Positions 7,766-14,942 of a DNA stretch of 36,360 nt are shown piece by piece (the first letter of the stretch is position 1; the number at the start of each line of letters is the position of its first letter). Under the pieces are notes generated by a model. It was not told the origin of the DNA and did no database searches. It saw only the letters and a program-made list of their open reading frames with translations. This DNA comes from a virus (taxonomy: Duplodnaviria; Caudoviricetes): IMG/VR virus record IMGVR_UViG_3300020042_005881, positions 1 to 36,360 of that record; one strand, given 5' to 3'. The translations under genes were made by a program, and so were the position numbers.

Positions 7766-8512
7766 TTAAATTCCGAAAGCGGCAAAGAACCTCTCAGGGA
7801 AAGCTGTAGCCTGCATAGCAATGTCGGCGGGTATGTCTAGGAAGGTCTCACCTTCCTTGATCCAGCCCTTCTTGATAGCGCCGGCAGTGACCTTGTCACG
7901 CTGTGCCTGACTCTTCTCAGCAAGAAGGCGTTCCATAGGATTGATGCGCTCGATCTTCTTAGGCACTTCCTTGGGCGCCTCAATCTGAAGTTGCTTTGGT
8001 GCTTCAATCTGGATTGACTGCACAGTTTCAACAACCACTGGCAGGTTCATGTCAGCAATTTCCTCGGGCGTGTAACATCCAGACAAGACGCCTGGATAAG
8101 TTGAACGTATGCCCTCTGCGGTAACGCGATTACGAAGCATCTGCCTAGGATACTTTTGCCAAGTTGGATTACCAAGGAGGCAAGCCCGCTTTGCGTCTTG
8201 GATCGTCCAAGTTACCTTCAAGCTGCCAGCCTGAGGATGAGTGAATGTTCCAGAAACTGACTCAATGGTATATTCATGCCATTCCACTTTGCCGCCAGCA
8301 GCTTGAAAACGTGCAAGCATGGCTTCAGACTTCAAGGTTGGTTTGCCACTGATAATGTGGTAGTCCCTTCCAACTTCTCCGATATGCCTGCCTTCTGCTT
8401 GGCACAGAATACCAAGAGCAAGAGCTTGTTTTGCGTTTTGAATGCCGAAGCATTTAGAGTCAGCAATGACTTCTGCCATCATTGCCAGTTGATCGAACGG
8501 TATTAGTTGCAT
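7766..8512 (-). CDS. RecT/Red-beta-like single-strand annealing protein
   Basis: YHIISGKPTL, TWQKYPRQMLRNRV, YTPEE motifs; clustered with nuclease and SSB. Confidence 0.8.
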   Translation of the reverse strand: MQLIPFDQLAMMAEVIADSKCFGIQNAKQALALGILCQAEGRHIGEVGRDYHIISGKPTLKSEAMLARFQAAGGKVEWHEYTIESVSGTFTHPQAGSLKVTWTIQDAKRACLLGNPTWQKYPRQMLRNRVTAEGIRSTYPGVLSGCYTPEEIADMNLPVVVETVQSIQIEAPKQLQIEAPKEVPKKIERINPMERLLAEKSQAQRDKVTAGAIKKGWIKEGETFLDIPADIAMQATAFPERFFAAFGI

Positions 8513-8985
8513 TTGGTTTTCATTTTTAGCCCAGCCTCAAGGATGAGGAGTGCGTCTGCGGTTTTTAGGGTAACTGACAGGTTTGGGTACAGGGCTTGCG
8601 CCCTGCCTTTGAGATGAGCTTTCCAGCGGTTGCCGTGCGTCTTCTTGTCGCCCAGTCCGAGAGCCTGCTGCCACTTCTTGGGCGGCAAATACTCGATCCG
8701 CGCACCGTAGGCGGCAAGGATTCCTTCGATGCGCCCGTAGTTGCGGAACATTGTTGCCATGCTTGAGCCGCTCATTTTCCCAGCAAACTTCGGCAGTTCT
8801 TCGAGAAACACAATGGAAGTTGGAAAAAACGGGCCAGCTGTACTGGTGACAAGAATCTGAAACTGCGTGTCGAGGTCGTGCAGCGTTGCAGGCATCGACA
8901 ACGCGTGCGTGCTGCCGTCGGTGTCAATGTAGGCAATCCCGCCGCCCACGCCTGGGTCAATGGCGATGTAGTTTTGAGTGCTCAT
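8503..8985 (-). CDS. RuvC-like Holliday junction resolvase
   Basis: IAIDPG, FLEE, ADALLI acidic catalytic motifs; ATGA-coupled start at 8985. Confidence 0.85.
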   Translation of the reverse strand: MSTQNYIAIDPGVGGGIAYIDTDGSTHALSMPATLHDLDTQFQILVTSTAGPFFPTSIVFLEELPKFAGKMSGSSMATMFRNYGRIEGILAAYGARIEYLPPKKWQQALGLGDKKTHGNRWKAHLKGRAQALYPNLSVTLKTADALLILEAGLKMKTKCN

Positions 8986-9146
8986 GCTTTTGGATTGCAA
9001 CGCTCGCGCAAAGCGCGTGCTTTTACTGCGCGGGCTGCACGTTCCGCTAGTTTTTCTTCACGGGTGCGAAATTTGTCCGTTACTCGCGTTCCGTTGCGAC
9101 TTCCTTGATATTTCCCCCCGCCTATTGTGTATGTTCCTTGACTCAT
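8982..9146 (-). CDS. Basic 54-aa protein (MSQGTYTIGGGKYQGSRNG...RCNPKA)
   Basis: Read manually; ATGA overlaps at both ends. Confidence 0.65.
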   Translation of the reverse strand: MSQGTYTIGGGKYQGSRNGTRVTDKFRTREEKLAERAARAVKARALRERCNPKA

Positions 9147-9478
9147 GCCCAAACCTCCCAGTCGTTTGCCGACAAATCTTCGTAGTGGAGAATGATTTCA
9201 TCATCAATTTCGTAGCCAGTACTATCCTCCCAGATTTTTCTGCGCACCATTTTTGCCTCATTTTTATGCAGTTCTGTAAACGCAAAAACACAATGGCAAT
9301 TTGTAAAACGCTGAAAAAGCGGAGGAGTCCCCTGCCAATCGTTAGCAAGCAATTCCTTCATTTTAATAGATATATCGTCGTTTTTGTCCGCCAATTCAAC
9401 TTCGTGCCAATCTTTGCGCCGCACTTGCCATCCAGCGTCCAGTTTGTCGAGCAGTTCATTTCTAGGTATGTCTTGCAT
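9143..9478 (-). CDS. 111-aa protein with internal duplication, DUF2829/Tad2-like
   Basis: Two copies of V-RRK-x-W ... ANDW; ATG at 9478 is 1 nt after upstream stop. Confidence 0.6.
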   Translation of the reverse strand: MQDIPRNELLDKLDAGWQVRRKDWHEVELADKNDDISIKMKELLANDWQGTPPLFQRFTNCHCVFAFTELHKNEAKMVRRKIWEDSTGYEIDDEIILHYEDLSANDWEVWA

Positions 9479-9479
9479 A

Positions 9480-10469
9480 TTATTTAGCCTGCACCAAAGG
9501 AGCCTGCCCAACCTTGCGCTGCACCAGCTCATCCGGCAGCACTGCACCCGCAGCACTCCAAAGAGCCTCGGCCTTTTTGGCGCTCATCGAGCCCTGCGCC
9601 CGTATAGCGTCGCCTGCACCGATCACGCCGTTAGCCACAGCCTGGGCAAGGTGCTCGGCCTCGATGTACTCGGATGCGCGTGGTTTTTGCAATCGCCAGC
9701 CGTGTACTTGCACGCCAGCCTCGAGGAGCCCGCGCGCCTTGGCTTTGGCGGCGTCGCGGAAGTCGTCCAACGTCTGGCAAGCTGCGAGGAACTGGCCCAG
9801 CCTGTCAGGGTCGTTAAGGAGCGACAGGAAAGCCTCGTCCTGCACCGTAGGAGCCAACCCGGCCACAGTGACCAATGCAGAATCCTTGCTAGCAACACGG
9901 GCAGGGCAAGTCAGACTTTTGGCGCACCAGTTGCAATAGTCATTTTGAGCGGGGGCGGTCCCTACGTTGTCCAAGATACGCTGCACAGTCTCCTTGGCAC
10001 TTGTGTAGGTCCAGTGCTGAGTCACCATCTTCTGTTGGTCGCAAAACAGCAAGTGAGTGGTCCACGTCTGCTCGAAGTGTGTCTCCATCAGGCCCAGCGC
10101 GTAGGCTGCCATTTGCCCTTGGTAGTCGTATATCTGCCCCGACTTGAGGTCCATGCTCCAGTTTGCCCGAGCGGCAACGCCGTCCACGGTGCCAGTGTGC
10201 TCCAGCCCCGCCGTCTGCACCCGACAATCTGCGTCCGCTGTCAGGAGCCCGTCTGCGCCTCCACCGAGTTGAATGCATTGAGCCAGCGCCCAGTTGATTG
10301 CGGCGGCGTCCTCGTCGCAGAGGTCCCGCGGGATCTCGCCGCTGGTCCAGGCGTCTCGGAAGACGCGGTCTAGCATTGTGCCGCGGGAGGCTGCACTGCT
10401 GGTGCCGGCTGTGCCTTCGTACTGACCACAGAGGGCCAGCTTAGGCAGGGAGGAGTGTCTAATTTTCAT
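9480..10469 (-). CDS. Cas4-like PD-(D/E)XK exonuclease
   Basis: N-terminal HSSL..LALC, GTVD, DLKSG, QMAAY and C-terminal CNWC-x5-C (four-Cys Fe-S staple pattern). Confidence 0.85.
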   Translation of the reverse strand: MKIRHSSLPKLALCGQYEGTAGTSSAASRGTMLDRVFRDAWTSGEIPRDLCDEDAAAINWALAQCIQLGGGADGLLTADADCRVQTAGLEHTGTVDGVAARANWSMDLKSGQIYDYQGQMAAYALGLMETHFEQTWTTHLLFCDQQKMVTQHWTYTSAKETVQRILDNVGTAPAQNDYCNWCAKSLTCPARVASKDSALVTVAGLAPTVQDEAFLSLLNDPDRLGQFLAACQTLDDFRDAAKAKARGLLEAGVQVHGWRLQKPRASEYIEAEHLAQAVANGVIGAGDAIRAQGSMSAKKAEALWSAAGAVLPDELVQRKVGQAPLVQAK

Positions 10470-10684
10470 TTGAGATGGTTTTCCAGCTTGAGTTTAAGAC
10501 CGTTGGCCTTCGCCACGGCCACCAGTTCGATGAATCGGTTCATGGGAATCGTCCCATGGTAGATCCAGTTGTCTATTGTGCGGTGGGATAGTTCCACATG
10601 TGCCGCACTGAGCTTCCTAAAAAGCTCACCACGTCCTCCGAGGAACTTCACCACGCTGGTCACATCCAGTGTCGGTGTTTTCAT
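10466..10684 (-). CDS. Cro-like helix-turn-helix regulator
   Basis: 72 aa; FLGGRGELFRKL...LSHRTIDNWIYHGTIP pattern; heads the recombination genes. Confidence 0.75.
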   Translation of the reverse strand: MKTPTLDVTSVVKFLGGRGELFRKLSAAHVELSHRTIDNWIYHGTIPMNRFIELVAVAKANGLKLKLENHLK

Positions 10685-10694
10685 TTCCAGATAA

Positions 10695-10709
10695 TGCGTA
10701 TTGTACGCA
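10695..10709. promoter_or_regulatory. Palindromic operator-like site upstream of Cro-like gene
   Basis: TGCGTA-TTG-TACGCA, overlapping a TACAAT -10-like hexamer on the minus strand, 10 nt from the ATG. Confidence 0.55.
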
Positions 10710-10741
10710 GATCAGACGCGCAATAAAAAACGTACTCTTTT

Positions 10742-11059
10742 TTATAAGTTATTTTTTGCCCTGCGTAACTTATTGAGCTCAATGGAATTAGGACGCGGTT
10801 TGCTGGCATTTTGACGCGCTGCTGCTGTTTTTCTTTCACTCCTTACCTTGCCTCCAAGGCTGGCAATACGACGACAATGCTCGGCAAGCGTAACAGGATG
10901 TTCTGGATCTTCTTTTGGTCTTTCTATAACTGGCTTCTTCTTAACAGGCGCTGGAAAAACATGCATCTCTTCTGATGGCTCGTCGGGAAACTTAACCAGT
11001 CCCTTTTTGAAGGCATCCATCATCAATCTCCGAAACTCTCTAGCGTCAGCGGTTTTCAT
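10742..11059 (-). CDS. Basic hypothetical protein, 105 aa
   Basis: ATG at 11059; SLGGKVRSERKTAAARQNASKPRP basic motif. Confidence 0.7.
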   Translation of the reverse strand: MKTADAREFRRLMMDAFKKGLVKFPDEPSEEMHVFPAPVKKKPVIERPKEDPEHPVTLAEHCRRIASLGGKVRSERKTAAARQNASKPRPNSIELNKLRRAKNNL

Positions 11060-11064
11060 GTTTA

Positions 11065-11307
11065 TTAAGTGCTTGAGATACAACTGGATCCAGTCTGTGC
11101 AGGCTGAATGCGGTTGATCTCACGCTCGATGTACCAGATCGCCTTGCGCAGGTCTTGCACCGCGTCGCCTTTTTGACCTGCTCGCCATAAGTATTTGATG
11201 GCGTTGCCAATGCAAAAGTTATGGTGCTCGCAGATAGTGATGCACTCCACCCGGGACGGGTGGCCTGTGTAATGAGCGGGATGGTTGACGGGGTCAGGCG
11301 GCTTCAT
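11065..11307 (-). CDS. DUF3310-family protein (family includes T7 gp1.7 nucleotide kinase), copy 1
   Basis: DPVNHPAHY, ECI, GNAIKYLWRAGQK, DLRKAIWY. Confidence 0.85.
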   Translation of the reverse strand: MKPPDPVNHPAHYTGHPSRVECITICEHHNFCIGNAIKYLWRAGQKGDAVQDLRKAIWYIEREINRIQPAQTGSSCISST

Positions 11308-11313
11308 GCCACC

Positions 11314-11341
11314 ATCCTAACCAAGCCCGCTTGGTTGTCAA
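11314..11341 (-). promoter_or_regulatory. Sigma70-like promoter with palindromic spacer
   Basis: TTGACA (11341-11336), 16-nt spacer, TAGGAT (11319-11314); AACCAAGC-GG-GCTTGGTT palindrome; ATG 6 nt after the -10. Confidence 0.7.
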
Positions 11342-11456
11342 ATTAGCGTCGCAAGTGCCTTTGTTTCATGAGGATAATCCAAAACCCCCTCGCAGGTTCT
11401 CCCTGCGCAGCATACGGCAGTTGCGTGGGATCGTTGGCGCCATCCCAGCGCCTACG

Positions 11457-12059
11457 CTACTCGCCGGCTGGAATTAGTCCACCTTGGAATAACTCGGCCT
11501 CTTCCGCTCGCCGCCGTCTAAGTCCCTTGCTATTAGGCCACAGCCGCGCCATTTCGCGGAACTGGTTGGGGATTTCCTTGAAATTGCCGGTCTTGAGCAG
11601 CGCCTGAATGTTACACATTTCCCGCCTGCGCTCGCCGGTCAGAGATGCCCCACGATTAAAAACCAGCGAGACCAGCGCCGCAGTGCAGTCCCCGGGCAGC
11701 TCCTCGGCCTGCGGATAGATCCTGAGCGTGCGCAAATACCAGGTCGGAAGCGTGGTCGCCTCAAATACGGCCAGCGCCGCCGCCCACGGAATGGCAAGGT
11801 GTCGGACGTAGGGCAACACCGTCTGAGCGGCCTCACCAGTCCGACCAGAGACTCCGACCAGCGCGGCCAGCGTCGAGGCTGGCAAGTGCGGTGCCCAGGC
11901 TCGGGCGGTCTCGGTCGCAGAAGTCATGCCGAGGTCCCAGCCGATGCCAATCGTCACGCCGCTGCTCTCACCCGGCCACTCGGGCTGCGGGTCGTACTCG
12001 TGCTCCCCGCCGGTCTCCCAGCCTATGATTGCTTTGATGCCGCGCGGTGAGAGATTCAT
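11457..12059 (-). CDS. Endolysin, lysozyme fold (GH24/pesticin-like)
   Basis: IIGWE catalytic Glu, PGESSGVTIGIGWDLG, ALVSLVFNRG, GLRRRRAEEAELF. Confidence 0.9.
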   Translation of the reverse strand: MNLSPRGIKAIIGWETGGEHEYDPQPEWPGESSGVTIGIGWDLGMTSATETARAWAPHLPASTLAALVGVSGRTGEAAQTVLPYVRHLAIPWAAALAVFEATTLPTWYLRTLRIYPQAEELPGDCTAALVSLVFNRGASLTGERRREMCNIQALLKTGNFKEIPNQFREMARLWPNSKGLRRRRAEEAELFQGGLIPAGE

Positions 12060-12229
12060 TTTCGCAGGCTGCGTATCGTCTCAATAATTTTAAGCGCCGT
12101 AAAAACTCCTGCCAACAAACAGCCCGCCACCCGAATCCACTGCTCAACCTCGCTTAACGACAACGCCAATGCGCTGATGTTAGCCAGATTGACGGTTGCA
12201 AGGTCCAGCAGATGGCGGTGGCTAGACAT
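12056..12229 (-). CDS. Putative holin, 57 aa
   Basis: Two hydrophobic segments, basic C-terminus, ATGA-coupled to endolysin; ATG at 12229. Confidence 0.6.
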   Translation of the reverse strand: MSSHRHLLDLATVNLANISALALSLSEVEQWIRVAGCLLAGVFTALKIIETIRSLRK

Positions 12230-12455
12230 GTGCAAGGAAAGTTGTGCCTGGTCCTGGTACTTGAGGAAGTCTTCCGGTGGCGTCATAAATTCCAGAATAG
12301 GGCATGATTTTATCGGCGGGAAGCCCCACGCCGTCAGTGCTTCCTGGGGGCAGCATCCGCTTTACGTTTGCCAGCACCTGGAGCCCGGCGGGCGGCGTTG
12401 CGCCTAGGTAACGGGCCTGCATTGCTGGTATTGTCGGGACGGGCAGTACGGTCAT
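12222..12455 (-). CDS. Pro/Gly-rich hypothetical protein, 77 aa
   Basis: ATG at 12455 (MTVLPVPTIP); stop overlaps next start. Confidence 0.55.
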   Translation of the reverse strand: MTVLPVPTIPAMQARYLGATPPAGLQVLANVKRMLPPGSTDGVGLPADKIMPYSGIYDATGRLPQVPGPGTTFLAHV

Positions 12456-12579
12456 AAAATTGTTTGCCAAAGAATCCCACAGCAACGCCAGCAACACCAG
12501 CAACAAGCGCCCAAGCGCCGGGGGCAATAGACGATGCAATAGCGAGTAGCATGGAGAGATTGCCGGGGGTGAGGGTCAT
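12334..12579 (-). CDS. Membrane protein with basic tail, 81 aa
   Basis: ATGA-coupled start; hydrophobic N-terminal half. Confidence 0.55.
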   Translation of the reverse strand: MTLTPGNLSMLLAIASSIAPGAWALVAGVAGVAVGFFGKQFYDRTARPDNTSNAGPLPRRNAARRAPGAGKRKADAAPRKH

Positions 12580-13064
12580 TTGCCTGGCTCCTGTTGCTTG
12601 TGCGACGCGCCAAAGTAAAACCCAAGCACTGCCGTAAAGCCAGACGTAAGTCCGCCCAGCAGCAGCGTCAGCGTCGGATCACTCCACAGCTTCATGTCAC
12701 CGGTGAGCAGGGCGCAAACGATCCCTAAGTACGAAATAGTCAGCGTCATCGCCAGCGCCGGCGGCACCCAAGAGCCCATCGAGGTCTGCATCGCCCTAGC
12801 GTCTGCGCGGTCTTTACCGGATAGCTCCTCGGCTTTGATGCCCATCTCTGCCAGCTTTAGCTTTAGGTCAGCGTCAGCCTGCTTAAGGGCCGCCATGCCT
12901 TCAGCGGTGAGAGCACCCGATGCCAGAGCAGCTTTGACCGAATCTTGGGTCTTATCAGCTAACCCTAGCGCATTACCCACAGCCTCGATGGCAGCGCCTA
13001 CCAGTGGCCCACCGGGCACCAGCAGACTACCAATTGTCGGCAGTATGGTCTTTATCCAATCCAT
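12576..13064 (-). CDS. Holin-like membrane protein (3TM holin type)
   Basis: N-terminal amphipathic segment, coiled coil, DRADARAM, two C-terminal TM segments ending LGFYFGAS. Confidence 0.75.
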   Translation of the reverse strand: MDWIKTILPTIGSLLVPGGPLVGAAIEAVGNALGLADKTQDSVKAALASGALTAEGMAALKQADADLKLKLAEMGIKAEELSGKDRADARAMQTSMGSWVPPALAMTLTISYLGIVCALLTGDMKLWSDPTLTLLLGGLTSGFTAVLGFYFGASHKQQEPGK

Positions 13065-13342
13065 TTTGCTAAGAGTGCTACTATTGTGACGGCCACGCTA
13101 GGGTAAACAAAATCGGTGAGGCCTTTCAGCGTCCAAGCCCGAGGCTCTAGGCCACCGAAGTACGGCATGTTGCGTCGAAAGCCGCCGTAGTTGTGCTCGA
13201 TGTTGCGGTACTCGGCCTGTGCGTATTCACGGCCTACGAAGTAGAACGAGCCAGCGGCAGCACCAGTCCACCAGTCACCGCTGGCAAGGCCGATGATGGC
13301 TTGCAGGACGAGAGCAATGACTGGGTGGGCGAGGTGGTTCAT
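13052..13342 (-). CDS. Phage membrane protein, 96 aa
   Basis: Hydrophobic termini; GREYAQAEYR motif; TAATG-coupled. Confidence 0.7.
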   Translation of the reverse strand: MNHLAHPVIALVLQAIIGLASGDWWTGAAAGSFYFVGREYAQAEYRNIEHNYGGFRRNMPYFGGLEPRAWTLKGLTDFVYPSVAVTIVALLAKWIG

Positions 13343-13413
13343 TAGTTCCTAGGATCAAACCAAAGGATCTCGATGTCGATTGGAGGCGGATCTTGTTGAG
13401 GCGCGTTGTTCAT
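13342..13413 (-). CDS. 23-aa micro-ORF (MNNAPQQDPPPIDIEILWFDPRN)
   Basis: ATGA overlap upstream, TAATG overlap downstream. Confidence 0.5.
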   Translation of the reverse strand: MNNAPQQDPPPIDIEILWFDPRN

Positions 13414-13493
13414 ACGTCGTACCCATGCCGGAGCCAGTGCTCGTGGAGTTGCTGGTAAACAGGAGTTTCTAGGCAGTAATCGTATGGGTTCAT
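13410..13493 (-). CDS. 27-aa micro-ORF (MNPYDYCLETPVYQQLHEHWLRHGYDV)
   Basis: ATGA overlap with tailspike 2 stop and with next ORF. Confidence 0.5.
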   Translation of the reverse strand: MNPYDYCLETPVYQQLHEHWLRHGYDV

Positions 13494-14938
13494 GCGCTTC
13501 TTCCGATTTCGTACCACTGCGTTCCGTTGTGTTGAAGCGTAAGAGTAGATCCTGCCACGGCAGAGAAGTTTGCACCTCCACTTAAACGCATATTTGATGC
13601 AGTGCCTGTTCCGTTAAACACTGTCAGTGATCCTGTAAAAAGAAGTGTTATTTTTCTGCCAGCCCATCCACCAGCAAGTCCACCAAATCCAGTAGTGCCA
13701 ATAACATTAAAACCATCTCCAAGATTAGGTATCGGCAAAGGATCAGCGGAAGTTACCCCAGGAGAAAGAATATTAGGACCACTTGCAAACGAAGAAGTAG
13801 CATTATCAATTGCAAAGTTGTTTGCTCCAATTTTAATATTTACAGTGGACACAGCGCCGTAAACAAAATTTGTAACAGAAGCGAGCGTGTTAAAATCAAA
13901 CTTTACAACAGATAAACTTGCAGCAACAGAAACCGCTGTTGGCGTTGTTGTTATATAGTTGTAAGCGATATCTGCGTGGCCAAGCGTTATTTCAATTGCG
14001 TTATATGTGTGACCTGCAATGAAGAAATTATGGATTGGAACAAATTGAGTAGAAACAGTATTAACAACAATTCCATTTCCACAACTGTACGAAGCAGCGG
14101 ACGAACAGTTGAATCCATTTATATTCCCTTCAAATCTCCATCCGGTAGATGTTGGATACAGTGTAGTGTTATCTGCAACGCAGTTTGTTGCGTTTGAAAT
14201 AGCGCAGTTTTTGAAGTAAAAACCGTTTAGGTAACCATAACTAAAGCAGTTAGAAAGATTCGTTCCATCTGCATTATCGTGTATGTAAAATGCGCTTCCA
14301 GAACGATGGTGCCTAACATTTGTTCCGCTTGCTGCAATAGTTGCGAAGGGCCAACACTGGATACTTTCAAGCCTAGGAACATCGTAGCAGTTGGTGATTT
14401 CAATCCCTGCCGAACAGTCGATGTTTAGATCCTTTGCTCGAAGTCTCTGGTAGCCATCTGACAGAACTGCTTTTGCGAAACCAAGGATCATGCAGCTTTT
14501 CAGAGAAGCGTCATCCCCAGCCACCGTAATGGCCGTGCCTGCAAACGCTGTGGCGTCAGCAGCAGGGAACGTCATTCCGCTCCTGTAAATAAGCACACCG
14601 TTCAGAGAAGCCCCACTGTTGAGCGTTATGGTTCTGGATGAGTTCAGAATCAAAGCACCACCCATGCTTCCGTATGGAGCAGACGAGTTGTTTCCGGGCG
14701 TGCCAGTAAATTGGTGTGGCCCTACAAGCGAAACACTGGGATTAATTGTAAGGTCGCCATCAATTAAAAACTTGCCAGCGGCTCCAAGGCTTACACTGCC
14801 ACCAGCGGCCCCTAGCGAGTCAATAGCAGCCTGAATAGCCGACGTATCATCAGTGACCCCGTCTCCCACCGCCCCAAACTGGAGCACTGAGACGATGCCG
14901 TTTAGCTTTGATGCGTTTTGAAAAGATTTGCTGCTCAT
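13490..14938 (-). CDS. Tailspike 2, pectate-lyase-like beta-helix, no head-binding domain
   Basis: VSVLQFGAVGDGVTDDTSAIQAAID cap motif at residue about 17; Asn/Cys-rich beta-helix rungs; WYEIGRS end. Confidence 0.85.
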   Translation of the reverse strand: MSSKSFQNASKLNGIVSVLQFGAVGDGVTDDTSAIQAAIDSLGAAGGSVSLGAAGKFLIDGDLTINPSVSLVGPHQFTGTPGNNSSAPYGSMGGALILNSSRTITLNSGASLNGVLIYRSGMTFPAADATAFAGTAITVAGDDASLKSCMILGFAKAVLSDGYQRLRAKDLNIDCSAGIEITNCYDVPRLESIQCWPFATIAASGTNVRHHRSGSAFYIHDNADGTNLSNCFSYGYLNGFYFKNCAISNATNCVADNTTLYPTSTGWRFEGNINGFNCSSAASYSCGNGIVVNTVSTQFVPIHNFFIAGHTYNAIEITLGHADIAYNYITTTPTAVSVAASLSVVKFDFNTLASVTNFVYGAVSTVNIKIGANNFAIDNATSSFASGPNILSPGVTSADPLPIPNLGDGFNVIGTTGFGGLAGGWAGRKITLLFTGSLTVFNGTGTASNMRLSGGANFSAVAGSTLTLQHNGTQWYEIGRSA

Positions 14939-14942
14939 AGTG

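Noticed and set aside
9384-10373. 329-aa plus-strand ORF
   Set aside because: Antisense shadow of the Cas4-like gene in GC-rich sequence; no recognisable motifs
9480-10469. Cas4-like gene as evidence of a CRISPR system
   Set aside because: No cas1/cas2 or repeat-spacer array seen; context (RecT, SSB, RuvC) indicates a recombination exonuclease
11362-11456. tRNA gene in the hairpin-rich intergenic segments (also 36147-36360)
   Set aside because: No cloverleaf with TTC T-loop, anticodon arm and acceptor stem could be built
12440-12475. Programmed frameshift joining the overlapping lysis-region ORFs
   Set aside because: No canonical X XXY YYZ slippery heptamer at the overlap start
13342-13581. 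79-aa ORF as called by the track
   Set aside because: Its 5' part overlaps tailspike 2; the coupled ATG at 13413 explains the frame better
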